From Octopus vulgaris (lineage: Eukaryota), in the NCBI GenBank assembly GCA_951406725.2, contig OX597843.1:3224001-3288000 (forward strand): DNA of 64,000 nucleotides, in the 5' to 3' direction. This document shows, in pieces, positions 9,607 to 25,810 of this stretch (positions within the stretch are counted from its first letter, which is position 1; each line of letters opens with the position of its first letter). The translations under genes and the position numbers were made by a program. A model generated the notes under the pieces. The model ran no database searches, was not told the origin of the DNA, and saw only the letters and a list, made by a program, of their open reading frames with translations.

Positions 9607-12600
9607 GTAAGGCCTCTCTATGGTTAAACTATTATTTCACTGGCGATCTTACGGTATAAGTACCGGATACATTTAAAAAAAGTGGGGTTTTTTTTATATA
9701 TGGGGGGTCAGGGATAGGGTTTGTGTTAGGGGTGGGAGAAAAGGATTTCTCTTATCTTCAGGAATGTAAAGTCACGTGTGTACTTATACCGAAGGATCGC
9801 CACATACCCTAACCCCCCCCCATATATATAAAAGAGACCCTTTTTTGAAACGTATCCCGTACTTGCGGAAGTACAGCGGTACTCATACCTATTTCTTTAC
9901 TACTCACAAGGGGCTAAACACAAAGGGGACAAAGGGATTAAGTCGATTACATGGGCCCCAGTCGTAACTGGTACTTAATTTATCGACCCCGAAAGGATGA
10001 AAGGGAAAGTCGACCTCGGCGGAATTTGAACTCAGAACGTAACGGCAGAAGAAATACTGTTAAGCATTTCGGTACTTATACCGTAAGATCGCCCACTTCC
10101 GGAAGTAGACGATCGCCATTTCACTTCGATAGTGTTGGTTAATGGGTCAAACTAACGCCTTTGACCCGGGCACAAAAAAGGAAAAAAAAGGGTCCATGGC
10201 CTTTAAACTATAAGTGTTTGACCCGGGCCAGAAAAAAATGGACAAAATAGTGTAATAGGTGTAAAACTACTTGTTCTAAACGATTATCAAAAACATACAC
10301 ACACACACACAAAGAGAAATGGTTGGTTGAAGGCAAGTGTGCATTGAACTGAATTTAAATAAGCAAGAAAGATATTATCAAAGAAAAGGCCATGGTACCA
10401 TCTTTAGGATCTGTTGTTGTTGTTGTTATTATGGGGTTGAATGTGTGGGTGTCCGGTGAAGTTATTAATATCAATATGTATGCATATATATATACATACA
10501 TACATATATATGTATGTATATATATATGTATGTATATATATATGTATGTATGTAAATATATATATATATACATATATATGTATGTATATATATATATATA
10601 AATGTATATATATATATATATAGATACATATATATATATATAAATGCATATATATATTATATATATATACATATATAATTATATATATATATATATATAT
10701 ACGTACATGCATATATATATGTACATACATATATATATATATACACATACATACATATATATATATGTACACACTCACATACATACATTCATATATATAT
10801 ATATATATACGTTTAAATATTTGTTGTGCAAGATTATTGGCTAAACTGGCAATATGACCATTCCGAAATATAACAATATATATATATATATATATATATA
10901 CTAGCAGTATAACCCAGCTTTGCCCGGCATCAAGTTAGGATTATTAAGCTAAAGAAGTTCTTTATTTCAAACCAAACAGAATATATTCCTTGCCACCGGT
11001 ACAACACTCACCAACAAACCGCCACGAAGCAGCTCGAGAAATTCCATTTGTCTCGTCAAAAGCCAGCACACCAAACTGACCGACGCATGCGCGGGAAGCA
11101 AGCTTCTTACCCTGCAGCCATGCCTGCACCTATGGTAGAATTCTTCAGAAATCCTACAGGATTGGTTGTGTGGTAAGTAGCTTGCTAACCAACCACACGG
11201 TTCCGGGTTTGGTCCCACTGCGTGGCATCTTGGGCAAGTGTCTTCTGCTATAGCCAAGAACCGACCAATGCCATGTGAGTGGATTTGGTAGACGGAAACT
11301 GAAAGAAGCCTGTCCCCCTAGCATTGCTTGACAACCGATGCTGGTGTGTTTACGTCCCCGTCACTTAGGGTTCGACAAATAAGACCGATAGAATAAGTAC
11401 TGGGCTTACAAAGAATAAGTCCAGGGGTCGATCTGCTCGACTAAAGGCGGTGCTCCAGCATGGCCGCAGTCAAATGACTGAAACAAGTCAGAGAGTAAAG
11501 AGTAAGAGTATCTAACCTTCCAGCAGTGTATAAACAGAACATCAGGACATCTATTTCTTTGGCTTCACTTAAATTTTACTTCCAGATTGATTCAATTATG
11601 AAACTGCCAAGGAATTTTCAATTTGTCAACTACTGTCAAATTTGTATTATTCCTACTGCTCTATGTCACGCTGGTGAGACCCATATAGTGGAGTACGGGA
11701 TTCAAGCCTCTTCTCCTTATCTCCTTAAAGACATACAGCATCTCGAAAGAGTCCTGAAGCTGGCTACCCGCATGGTTCTTGGTGTCAAGAATTTGTCTTA
11801 TGAAGAAAGGCTGAAGACGCTCGACCTTTATTCTCTAGAAAAACGACGATGCCGTGGTGATCTCATTCTTGCTCACAACATCATAAGCGGAAAGTGTAAC
11901 CTCTCGACAAAGCTGTTCTTCACTCCTGCTCTAGAGCGTCGGCTGCGGGGTCATTCCGAAAAGCTCTATCTGTGACGATTTCATCTCAATCGAAGGAGAG
12001 GGGCTTCCTCCGTCCGGGTTGCAGATCCGTGGGATAAGCTGCCGGACGAGATGGTGAAGATACCGACGACCGCTCAGTTCACACTCTCCCTTGACCACAA
12101 GTGGCCTGAACTCTTTACATGAACACCACCCTGTACATAACTCCATGTCCCCCTACATGGCCTTGCTTTTTGCATTTTGAGCCAAAAATTAACTAACTAA
12201 CTAACCTTAAATTTCTATGTCTCCTCCCTGATTGACGCAGTTTCTCTGATATTTCAGATAACCAGAAGACATTGGCAGCAAAGAATACTTCAGTGGTCAG
12301 AATCGACGTTTGCCATCTTTCAAAGATTAAAGGAGAACATCACAGGGAACAGATATCACACGGAATATGTAAACACATGGTGGAATTACTGTGGAATATT
12401 TCTTCCGAGTAAGACTGTTAGCGAAATATCTCTACTTCTTCAATGTCTGGAATGTTTTGAAGATGATATGGTATTCTAATTAAACTTGGATGACAAAGGA
12501 GTTTGAGGCATCTTCAGATAACAGAAGATTCAGGAAATATAAAGAGAATAAGTATTTGTTAATGGAAACAAAATTTAGTTCGGAAAAAGTAAAATATCTG

Positions 12601-12623
12601 AACATTGTGGTAAGAGGAAGAAA

Positions 12624-14402
12624 ATGATGGAAAACGAATTCTGTGAAGGCGGCAGTGTTAAATGTAAATCAGAGTTTGGCAATAATGATTTTCTTGATGA
12701 GAAACCAAAAGACAGAGGGCAAAAACCCTATTCTTGTGATATATGTAAAATGTCATTCTCTCAAAAAGGTAAACTCATTGTTCACAAACGTATTCATACA
12801 GGAGAGAAACCATTTGACTGTAACGTTTGTGGCAAATCACTCACTCGTAGCAGTGACTTAACCAAACACATACGGATTCATACAGGAGAGAAGCCATATC
12901 ATTGCGATATCTGTGATAAATCATTCTCTCAACGTGATCACTTAACTAAACATAAACGTATTCATACGGGAGAGAAGCCATATCAGTGTGATATCTGTGA
13001 TAAGTCATTCTCTCAACGTGATCACTTAACAAAACACAGACCTGTTCATACAGGAGAGAAGACATATCACTGTGAGATCTGTGGTAAATCATTCTCTCTA
13101 AGTCATAACCTAGCTAATCACAGACGTGTTCATACAGGAGAGAAGCCATATCAGTGTGATATCTGTGGTAAATCATTCTCTAAAAATGATCACTTAACTA
13201 CACACAAACGTATTCATACAGGAGAGAAACCCTATCACTGTGAGATCTGTGGTCAATCATTCTCTGTGAGCAGTACTCTAATTACACACAAACGTATTCA
13301 TACAGGAGAAAAGCCATATCAGTGTGATATCTGTGGTAAATCATTCTCTCAAAACCCTACCTTAACTATACACAAACGTGTTCATACAGGAGAGAAGCCA
13401 TATCAGTGTGATATCTGTGGTAAATCATTCTCTGAACAAAAACATGTAACTAGACACAAACGTATTCATACAGGAGAGAAACCGTATCACTGTGATATCT
13501 GTGATAAATCATTCTCTATGAACAGTAGCTTAATTACACACAAACATATTCATACAGGAGAGAAACCCTATCAGTGTGATATTTGTGGTCAATCATTCTC
13601 TGTGACCAGTAGCTTAAATACACACAAACGCATTCATACAGGAGAGAAGCCATATCAGTGTGATATCTGTGGTATATCATTCTCTCTAAGGCATGAATTA
13701 ACTAGACACAAACGCTTTCATACAGGAGAGAAGCCACATCACTGCGATATCTGTGGTAAATCATTCTTTGAAGAAAATAAACTATCTATGCACAAACGTG
13801 TTCACACAGGAGAGAAACCCTATCACTGTGAAATCTGTGGTAAATCGTTCGCTTTGACCAGTAGCTTATATAAACACAAACGTGTTCATACAGGAGAGAA
13901 GCCATATCAGTGTGAGATCTGTGGTAAATCATTCTCTCGAAGTGATAACTTAGCTAATCACAGACGTGTTCATACAGGAGAGAAGCCGTATCAGTGTGAT
14001 ATCTGTGGTAAAACATTCTCTGACGGAAATCAACTATCTATACACAAATTCACTCACACAGGAGAGAAACCCTATCACTGTGAGATCTGTGGTAAATTAT
14101 TTACGCAGAAATGTAAATTAATTACACACAAACGTATTCATACGGGAGAGAAGCCATATCGGTGTGATATCTGTGGTAAATCATTCTCTCATGTCAGTGG
14201 CTTAACTAGACATAAACTTGTTCATATCGTAGAGAGGACATTCCACTGTGACATTTGTGGTAAATCATTTACTCGGAAAGATTCTCTAATTATGCACATA
14301 CGTGTTCATACAGGAGAGAAGCCATATCACTGTGAGATCTGTGGTAAATCATTTTCTATAAAACATAGCTTGGCTAGACACAAACTTACACATACGGGAT
14401 AA
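12624..14402 (+). CDS. Poly-C2H2 zinc-finger protein, 592 aa, 20 fingers (ZNF unit 2)
   Basis: Same leader; exactly 28 aa longer than unit 1. Confidence 0.95.
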   Translation: MMENEFCEGGSVKCKSEFGNNDFLDEKPKDRGQKPYSCDICKMSFSQKGKLIVHKRIHTGEKPFDCNVCGKSLTRSSDLTKHIRIHTGEKPYHCDICDKSFSQRDHLTKHKRIHTGEKPYQCDICDKSFSQRDHLTKHRPVHTGEKTYHCEICGKSFSLSHNLANHRRVHTGEKPYQCDICGKSFSKNDHLTTHKRIHTGEKPYHCEICGQSFSVSSTLITHKRIHTGEKPYQCDICGKSFSQNPTLTIHKRVHTGEKPYQCDICGKSFSEQKHVTRHKRIHTGEKPYHCDICDKSFSMNSSLITHKHIHTGEKPYQCDICGQSFSVTSSLNTHKRIHTGEKPYQCDICGISFSLRHELTRHKRFHTGEKPHHCDICGKSFFEENKLSMHKRVHTGEKPYHCEICGKSFALTSSLYKHKRVHTGEKPYQCEICGKSFSRSDNLANHRRVHTGEKPYQCDICGKTFSDGNQLSIHKFTHTGEKPYHCEICGKLFTQKCKLITHKRIHTGEKPYRCDICGKSFSHVSGLTRHKLVHIVERTFHCDICGKSFTRKDSLIMHIRVHTGEKPYHCEICGKSFSIKHSLARHKLTHTG

Positions 14403-14616
14403 AAGCCATATCACTGTGATAAATCATTCTCTCAAAGTAATCAGCTAACGAAACACAAATCCATTCTTGCGGGTGAAAAATCTATAATACATCCTTCTAT
14501 GAAAATGGTAACTTAACTATACATAAGTAAATTCTTGCATGGGAGAAGCCATATCACTGCGATATCTGTGATAAATCATTCCCCCAAAAGACAATTCATT
14601 ACACAAGTAATGTGTT

Positions 14617-15073
14617 TGTAAAGGGAACTGGTTGCTTCTGTACACTTTTGGGGTGCAACCCAATTTCCTTTCTTTTTGTTTCTAGAAACTACCAGTCAGG
14701 AACGAAACGCAAGTTTAAAGATAAATACAATTCTTTATTCTCTTGGTTCAACAATGAAACACGATGGTATACTGGTATCCACCTAGTTCAACACAGCAAG
14801 GCTGAATTCTATCGTTTGTAAGCTTCTTACAATAATTCTGCAGCAATAGAACAGGTGAAATCCTAAGCGTCTGGGACAGGAGAATAGGCTGATCACACGT
14901 TTAAAATACGTCCTTTCTCTTCTTCAGTCTCTAGCGCATGTGCATGGGGGAACTTCCTTATGCCTTTCCAGAAGGTTCCAATCCCGCACACGCACACTGA
15001 AGAAGGACGTTCCGCACACGCACACTTTAGAATGACGTTGCGTGTGCGCACACTGGAATATGACGTCACTACA
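14617..15073 (-). mobile_element. Solo LTR (probably Gypsy-type) in 3' region of ZNF unit 2
   Basis: TGTA...TACA termini, TGTT 4-bp TSD (14613-14616, 15074-15077); empty site aatgtgttcatac in unit 0; AATAAA and TA-rich box on - strand. Confidence 0.8.
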
Positions 15074-17259
15074 TGTTCATACAAGTGAGTAATTGTATCT
15101 GTATCATAATTCTTTGTATGAAGGTAATATCTTCTATAAGATTATCTTAGAAATAATAAAATACAACACACGTCCTGTTTGTGTCGCTAGTAGAATAAGA
15201 CTACCGCAACGAAAAAGAGAGAGTGCCTGATTAAATGCAGGTGAACTGTTGTAAAAAGTTTTGCTCTGACATTGCTGGTATTTTAATCCTAATAAAACTA
15301 CGCCTGAACGTGTATTTAGTTTATCAGTTTCACACAAACAAATATATATAAAATAATGCTTTGATATGCGAGTTCACAGAGTCCGCTTGTAAACCGGAAA
15401 CTTGTCAAACAGAACAATAATCTCCCATAGGAGCAGTGTTTCACCGAGTCCGCTTGGAAACCGGAAACTTGTAAAACAGAACAATAATCTCCCATAGGAG
15501 CAGTGTTTCACAGAGTCTGCTTGTAAATCGGAAATTTGTAAAACAGAACAATAATCTCCCATAGGGGGCTGGTAACGGCCACGATTGGATTCGTGCATTT
15601 TATGTGCCACCGGCACGGAAGCCAGTTGAGGCGGCACTGGCATGGGACACGATTCGGATGGTGCTTTTTACGTGCCACCGACACAGAAGCCAGTCGAGGC
15701 GATGCTGGCATCGGCCACGATACGGATAGCGCTTTTTACGTACCACCAGTCCAGGGGTCCTGGCAATTGGTTCCCAGAAAAATATTCTACCTGTAAAATT
15801 TATAATACTCATAAATAAATGTCAATAAAACAACAGGAGAATGTAAAAAATATTTTTTGTAAAACAAAAAGAATGTCAAGATCATTTATAATAAAAATTA
15901 TTATTATTATTATGGTTTTCTGAATTACTTTCATTTTCAGTGGACTTAAACACACCATCACTTGTAGACACAATCACCAATTCACAAGCACTCATGGACA
16001 GACCTGTAGATCTCTTTTTAAAAAACAAGTCTAGAGTTTTTGGCCTCTATAAATTTCTTGGTAATACGCAGAAGCATTTGTTATGGTAGTAGAAACTTTT
16101 GGAATTCATTCAATGTATGGATCTTGTGCTTGAAAGATTTCAGCTCATCATAGAAAAGTGAGGTGAAAAAAAACTTGTAAACCCAGGGTCTCGTAGAGCA
16201 GGTTCTCGTAAGGTGAGGTATTACTCTTTTAGTCTTTTGCTTGTTTCAGTCATTTGACTGCAGCCATGCTGGAGCACCGCTTTTAGTCGAGCAAATCGAC
16301 CCCGGGACTTATTCTTTGTAAGCCCAGTACATATTCTGTCGGTCTCTTTTGCCGAACCGCTAACTGATGGGGACGTAAACACACCAGCATCGGTTGTCAA
16401 ACAGTGCTAGGGGGGCAAACGCAAATGCATACATATATATATATATATATATATATAAATATAAATACATATATACGACGGGCTTCTTTCAGTTTCCGTC
16501 TACCAAATCCACTCACAAGGCTTTGGTCGGCCCGGGGCTATAGCAGAAGACACTTGCCCAAGGTGCCACGCAGTGGGAGTGAACCCGGAACCATGTGGTT
16601 GGTTAGCATACTACTTACCACAAAGCCACTCCTACGCCTATATATATATATATAAACGTGTGTGTGTGTATGTTTGTCCCCCAACAACGCTCGACAACCG
16701 ATGCTGGTTTGTTTACGTCCCCGTAACTTAGCGGTGTGGCAAAATACCCCGATAGAAAAAATACTGGGCTTACGAAGAATAAGTCTTGGGGGTCGATTTG
16801 CTCGACTAAATGGCGGTGCTCCAGCATGGCCGCAGTCAAATGACTGAAACAAGTAGAAGAGTAGTATAACCGATACGGCATTCTGGTTTCCTGATATTTG
16901 CGATGCATAAACTTCGATTCTGTTTTTCTTGTTGGAAATTGGCGGATTTTACATACACACCTGAAGCAGGTGAGAAGAAATAAGCAAGGTTTTTTTTTAA
17001 GATGAGACATTGCTGGTATAATGTCGTTATATCTATACTCGAGAAACCCAGGGAAAAACATAGAAACAGAATGGAAAAGAACAAGCACACACACACACAG
17101 ACAAGAACAAGCTTACACACACACACACATACAAGAACAAACGCACACACACACGGACAAGAACAAGCACACACACACAGACAAGAACCAGCACACACAC
17201 ACACAGAGAACAGGCACACACACACACAGACAAGAACAAGCACACGCGCCAGCTAGTCA

Positions 17260-17663
17260 TGACTAGTCGATCCTTACATTGTGTTATTGTGTTTATTTAC
17301 GTTGCTCGGTAGGTCGTCGTAGGATCGACTAGTCACGGCTAGCTTATGCGAGTGCGCGCACCGGGACCACTGTTCTCGAGTAGTACCATCGTAAAGCTCG
17401 TCAAACTCGCGCGCACAAAGTTCGGTCTTCTAAAATCGTATGTGTGGGCGTTATGTGTTTTAATGAGCTCTGGGGTGATGGTCACGGGGATTGCCTATTG
17501 AGGTAAACGGAAGTGAAGACTGCAGGCCCCGGCGAAAGAGCCACGGGCGCATGCGCGGACAGAATTCAGTTTGGCGCAATTCAATGAGAGACGGCAAGGG
17601 TGGCAGGACCCTGTTTTTCTTCAATTTAAGGGCAGCGATCGCTCGTCCCGCCTCGGTCGACAG
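17260..17663 (+). promoter_or_regulatory. Putative promoter/exon 1 of ZNF unit 3
   Basis: Same motifs; donor 17663/17664; acceptor 23332/23333. Confidence 0.6.
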
Positions 17664-17871
17664 GTAAGGCCTCTCTATGGTTAAACTATTATTTCACTGG
17701 CGATCTTACGGTATAAGTACCGGATACATTTAAAAAAAGTGGGGGGTTAGGGTTAGGGGTTGGAGAAAAGGGTTTCTCTTATCTTCAGAAATGTAAAGTC
17801 ACGTGTGTACATGTACCGAAGGATCGCCACATACCTTAACCCTAACCCCCCATATATAAAAAAAAAAAAAC

Positions 17872-19248
17872 TTGGTACTTGTCAATTGTCGTGGTCCCGG
17901 TTTTGCACACGCGAATTCGCGCGCGCGCGCGCGCCAGACGTAGGTACTCGATACTCGAGATCCTACGAGGTGAAATGCGCAGCGCAGAATTCGCGCGTGC
18001 GCGTTAAACCCCCCCCCTAAAAAAAAAGGTGTTGGATTTCACTAAAAATATATGTGTGTGTGTGTGTGTGTGTATATATAACATTTTCAATTTTACACAA
18101 AAAAATTACATAGTCGCTTTCCTCGCGGATTTACAGAGAAATGAATTAATTACTATTTTACAGAATAAAATTAATGAATTAATTATATAAATTAAATAAT
18201 TCTTGAAAATTAATTAATATTAATAATATTTTTTGAACAAAGTAAATAATTTATAAAACTTGGTTAATAATTTTTTTACACAAACGCGAACGTATATAAT
18301 TTGTGAAATTTTTTTTTTTTTACAGACGTATATAATTTGGTAAACTTAATGAATTAATTTCTTCTCATCATCATCATCGTTTAACGTCCGTTCTCCATGC
18401 CAGCATGGGTTGGACGGTTCGACCGGGGATCTGGGAAGCCAGAAGGCTGCACCAGACTCCAGTCTTATCTGGCAATGTTTCTACAGCTGGATGCCCTTCC
18501 TAACGCCAACCACTCCGAGAGTGTAGTGGGTGCTTTTTACATGCCACCCGCACAGGTGCCAAGCGAGGCTGGCAACGGCCACGGTCGGATTGGTGCCAGT
18601 CGAGGCGGCTCTGGCATCGGCCACGATTCGGATAGTGCTTTTTACGTACCACCAGTCCAGGGGTCCTGGCATTTGCCGGGTGCCACACTTGCCCCAACAT
18701 GTCTTCGCAAGCAAAGGGGGTTGGCATGGGTGCCTGTCGTGGGATGAGGTTCGATATCAACTTCGCTTGCCTCAACAGGTCTTTGTGTATAAATGTATAA
18801 ATTTTTCGCACTAAATTCTTTCCGTAGAATTTATAAAAAAACGCGCAAAATTATTCCGTAGACTTTATCAAATTAAAAAACGCAAAATTAATATATTTTT
18901 TGAAATTGCAAATTATTTAGAATATAAAACAAATTAAGTTAAATTTTAAAAATAAATGTCATATACTTATACTCTGTAAAGTGCTGTGTTCACACTTCAA
19001 TTTACTATTTTCTAGAAATGTTGCTTTTCTAATTGAAACAATTTTTCTCAATCTCCATTTAAAAGTCCATAATGCCTCTTGAGCCATATCAAAATGAACA
19101 ACTTTGAATTACCCGGTGGTGGTGGTGGTGGTGGTGTGAGGTTCTAATTTTTTTCTGATCTCTCTTTGCCCCCCCTAGATGGAGGTGTGGTGGGGAGACA
19201 GATGAAAGATGTTTCATTCTCTACTATATATGTATATATATATCTATA

Positions 19249-19281
<33 letters not shown>

Positions 19282-20780
19282 CTTAAACCTACACGATATA
19301 GTCTATAAATTTGGGATGTTTTTGAAAGATAATATATTTTGTCATCAGAATATATATACTTTCTCACACTACAATTAAGATATATTTATTTTAAATCGTT
19401 CATCTTTTCCCGCGACAACAAAAATTGGGCGCGAAAATTTTTCTAAATATTAGCTGAATGAACAACTGAGATAAAGAGGGGGCAAAGAGAGATCAGAAAA
19501 AAAATTAGAACCTCACACCACCACCACCACCACCACCGGGTAATTCAAAGTTGTTCATTTTGATATGGCTCAAGAGGCATTATGGACTTTTAAATGGAGA
19601 TTGAGAAAAATTGTTTCAATTAGAAAAGCAACATTTCTAGAAAATAGTAAATTGAAGTGTGAACACAGCACCTTACAGAGTATAAGTATATGACATTTAT
19701 TTTTAAAATTTAACTTAATTTGTTTTATATTCTAAATAATTTGCAATTTCAAAAAATATATTAATTTTGCGTTTTTTAATTTGATAAAGTCTACGGAATA
19801 ATTTTGCGCGTTTTTTTATAAATTCTACGGAAAGAATTTAGTGCGAAAAATTTATACATTTATACACAAAGACCTGTTGAGGCAAGCGAAGTTGATATCG
19901 AACCTCATCCCACGACAGGCACCCATGCCAACCCCCTTTGCTTGCGAAGACATGTTGGGGCAAGTGTGGCACCCGGCAAATGCCAGGACCCCTGGACTGG
20001 TGGTACGTAAAAAGCACTATCCGAATCGTGGCCGATGCCAGAGCCGCCTCGACTGGCACCAATCCGACCGTGGCCGTTGCCAGCCTCGCCTGGCACCTGT
20101 GCGGGTGGCATGTAAAAAGCACCCACTACACTCTCGGAGTGGTTGGCGTTAGGAAGGGCATCCAGCTGTAGAAACATTGCCAGATAAGACTGGAGTCTGG
20201 TGCAGCCTTCTGGCTTCCCAGATCCCCGGTCGAACCGTCCAACCCATGCTGGCATGGAGAACGGACGTTAAACGATGATGATGATGAGAAGAAATTAATT
20301 CATTAAGTTTACCAAATTATATACGTCTGTAAAAAAAAAAAAATTTCACAAATTATATACGTTCGCGTTTGTGTAAAAAAAATTATTAACCAAGTTTTAT
20401 AAATTATTTACTTTGTTCAAAAAATATTATTAATATTAATTAATTTTCAAGAATTATTTAATTTATATAATTAATTCATTAATTTTATTCTGTAAAATAG
20501 TAATTAATTCATTTCTCTGTAAATCCGCGAGGAAAGCGACTATGTAATTTTTTTGTGTAAAATTGAAAATGTTATATATACACACACACACACACACACA
20601 TATATTTTTAGTGAAATCCAACACCTTTTTTTTTAGGGGGGGGGTTAACGCGCACGCGCGAATTCTGCACTGCGCATGCGCAAGTCACCTCGTAGGATCT
20701 CGAGTATCGAGTACCTACGTCTGGCGCGCGCGCGAATTCGCGTGTGCAAAGCCGGGACCACGACAATTGACAAGTACCAA
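17872..20780. mobile_element. Foldback-type element, 1.3-kb inverted arms around a ~300-bp spacer
   Basis: 17872-19173 is the near-perfect reverse complement of 19478-20780 (mirrored ORFs in the track); AAAC on both flanks; absent from the other units. Confidence 0.88.
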
Positions 20781-21901
20781 AAACTTTTTTGAAACGTATC
20801 CCGTACTTGCGGAAGTACAGCGGTACTCATACCTATTTCTTTACTACCCACAAGGGGCTAAACACGGAGGGGACAAACAAGGACAGACAAAGGGATTAAG
20901 TCGATTATATCGACCCCAGTGCGTAACTGGTACTTAATTTATCGACCCCGAAAGGATGAAAGGCAAAGTCGACCTCGGCGGAATTTGAACTCAGAACGTA
21001 ACGGCAGACGAAATACCGTTAAGCATTTCGGTACTTATACCGTAAGATCGCCCACTTCCGGAAGTAGACGATCGCCATTTCACTTCGATAGTGTTGGTTA
21101 ACGGGTCAAACTAAAGCGTTTAACCCGGGCACGAAAAAGAAAAAGGAAAAAAAAAAAGGGTCCATGGCCTTTAAACTATAAGTGTTTGACCTTGGCCAGA
21201 AAAAAATGGACAAAATAGTGTAATAGGTGTAAAACTACTTATTCTAAACGATTATGAAAAACATACACACACACACACAAAGAGAAATGGTTGGTTGAAG
21301 GCAAGTGTGCATTGAACTGGATTTCAATAAGCAAGAAAGATATTATCAAAGAAAAGGCCATGGTACCATCTTTAGGATCTGTTGTTGTTGTTGTTATTAT
21401 GGGGTTGAATGTGTGGGTGTGCGGTGAAGTTATTAATATCAATATGTATGCATATATATATATACATACATATATATCTATGTATGTGTATACGTATATA
21501 TATATATAAATACATACGTACATATATATGTATATATATATATATATATAAATATATATGTATGTATATATATATATATATATACATATATATGTATGTA
21601 TATATATATATATATAAATGTATATATATATATATAAATACATATATATATATATAAATGCATATATATATTTATATATATATATATATATACATATATA
21701 ATTATATATATATACATACATGCATGTATATATGTACATACATATATATATATATACACACACATATATATATATACACACACACATACATACATTCACA
21801 TATATATATATACATATATATATGCATATATATTTATATATATATATATACATACATGCATGTATATATAGACATACATATATATATATATATATGTATA
21901 A

Positions 21902-21932
<31 letters not shown>

Positions 21933-23698
21933 CTAGCAGCATAACCCAGCTTTTCTCGGCATTAAGTTAGGATTATTAAGCTAAAGAAGTTCTTTATTTC
22001 AAACCAAACAGAATATATTCCTTGCCACCGGTACAACACTCACCGACAAACCGCCGCGAAGCAGCTCGAGAAATTCCGTTTGTCTCGTCAAAAGCCAGCA
22101 CACCAAACTGACCGACGCATGCGCGGGAAGCAAGCTTCTTACCCTGCAGCCATGCCTGCACCTATGGTAGAATTCTTCAGAAATTCTACAGGATTGGCTG
22201 TGTGGTAAGTAGCTTCCTAACCAACCACACGGTTCCGGGTTCAGTCCCACTGTGTGGCATCTTGGGCAAGTGTCTTCTGCTATAGCCTCAGGCCGACCAA
22301 TGCCTTTTGAGTGGATCTGGTAGACGGAAACTGAAAGAAGCCTGTCGTATATATGTATATATATATATATGCGTGTGTGTATTTGTCCCCCTAGCATTGC
22401 TTGACAACCGATGCTGGTGTGTTTACGTGCCCGTCACTTAGCGGTTCGACAAATAAGACCGATAGAATAAGTACTGGGCTTACAAAGAATAAGTCCCGAG
22501 GTCGATTTGCTCGACTAAAGGCGGTGCTCCAGCATGGCCGCAGTCAAATGACTGAAACAAGTCAGAGAGTAAAGAGTAAGAGTATCTAACCTTCCAGCAG
22601 TGTATAAACAGAACATCAGGACATCTATTTCTTTGGCTTCACTTAAATTTTACTTCCAGATTGATTCTAATATGAGACTGCCAAGGAATTTTCAATTTGT
22701 CAACTACTGTCAAATTTGTATTCTTCCTACCGCTCTATGTCACGCTGGTGAGACCCATATTGGAGTAAGGGATTCAAGCCTCTTCTCCTTATCTCCTCAA
22801 AGACATACAGCATCTCTAAAGCGTCCAGAAGTTGGCTACCCGCATGGTTCTTGGTGTCAAGAATTTGTCTTATGAAGAAAGGCTGACGACGCTCGACCTT
22901 TATTCTCTAGAAAAACGACGATGCCGTGGTGATCTCATTCTTGCTCACAACATCATAAGCAGAAAGTGTAACCTCTCAAAAGAGCTGTTCTTCGCTCCTG
23001 CTCCAGAGCGTTGGCTGCGGGGTCATTCCGAAAAGCTCTATCTGCGACGATTTCATCTCAATCGAAGGAGAGAGGCTTTCCCTGTCCGTGTTGCGGGTCC
23101 GTGGCATAAGCTGCCGGACGAGATGGTGAGGATGCCAACGACCGCTCGGTTCAAAGTCTCCCTTGACCACAAGTGGCCTGAACTCTTTACATGAACACCA
23201 CCCTGCTGTACATAACTCCATGTCCCCCTACATGGCCTTGCTTTTTGCATTTTGAGCCAAAAATTAACTAACTAACTAACCTTAAATTTCTATGTCTCCT
23301 CCCTGATTGACGCAGTTTCTCTGATATTTCAGATAACCAGAAGACATTGGCAGCAAAGAATACTTCAATGGTCAGAATCGACGTTTGCCATCTTTCAAAG
23401 ATTAAAGGAGAACATCACAGGGAACAGATATCACACGGAATATGTAAACACATGGTGGAATTACTGTGGAATATTTCTTCCGAGTAAGACTGTTAGTGAA
23501 ATATCTCTACTTCTTCACTGTCTGGAATGTTTTGAAGATGATATGGTATTCTAATTAAACTTGGATGACAAAGGAGTTTGAGGCATCTTCAGATAACAGA
23601 AGATTCAGGAAATATAAAGAGAATAAGTATTTGTTAATGAAAACAAAATTTAGTTCGGAAAAAGTAAAACATCTGAACATTGTGGTAAGAGGAAGAAA

Positions 23699-25810
<2,112 letters not shown>

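Noticed and set aside
18397-20255. Mirrored ORF pairs as inverted duplicate genes
   Set aside because: They derive from RTE 3'-UTR sequence in the foldback arms.
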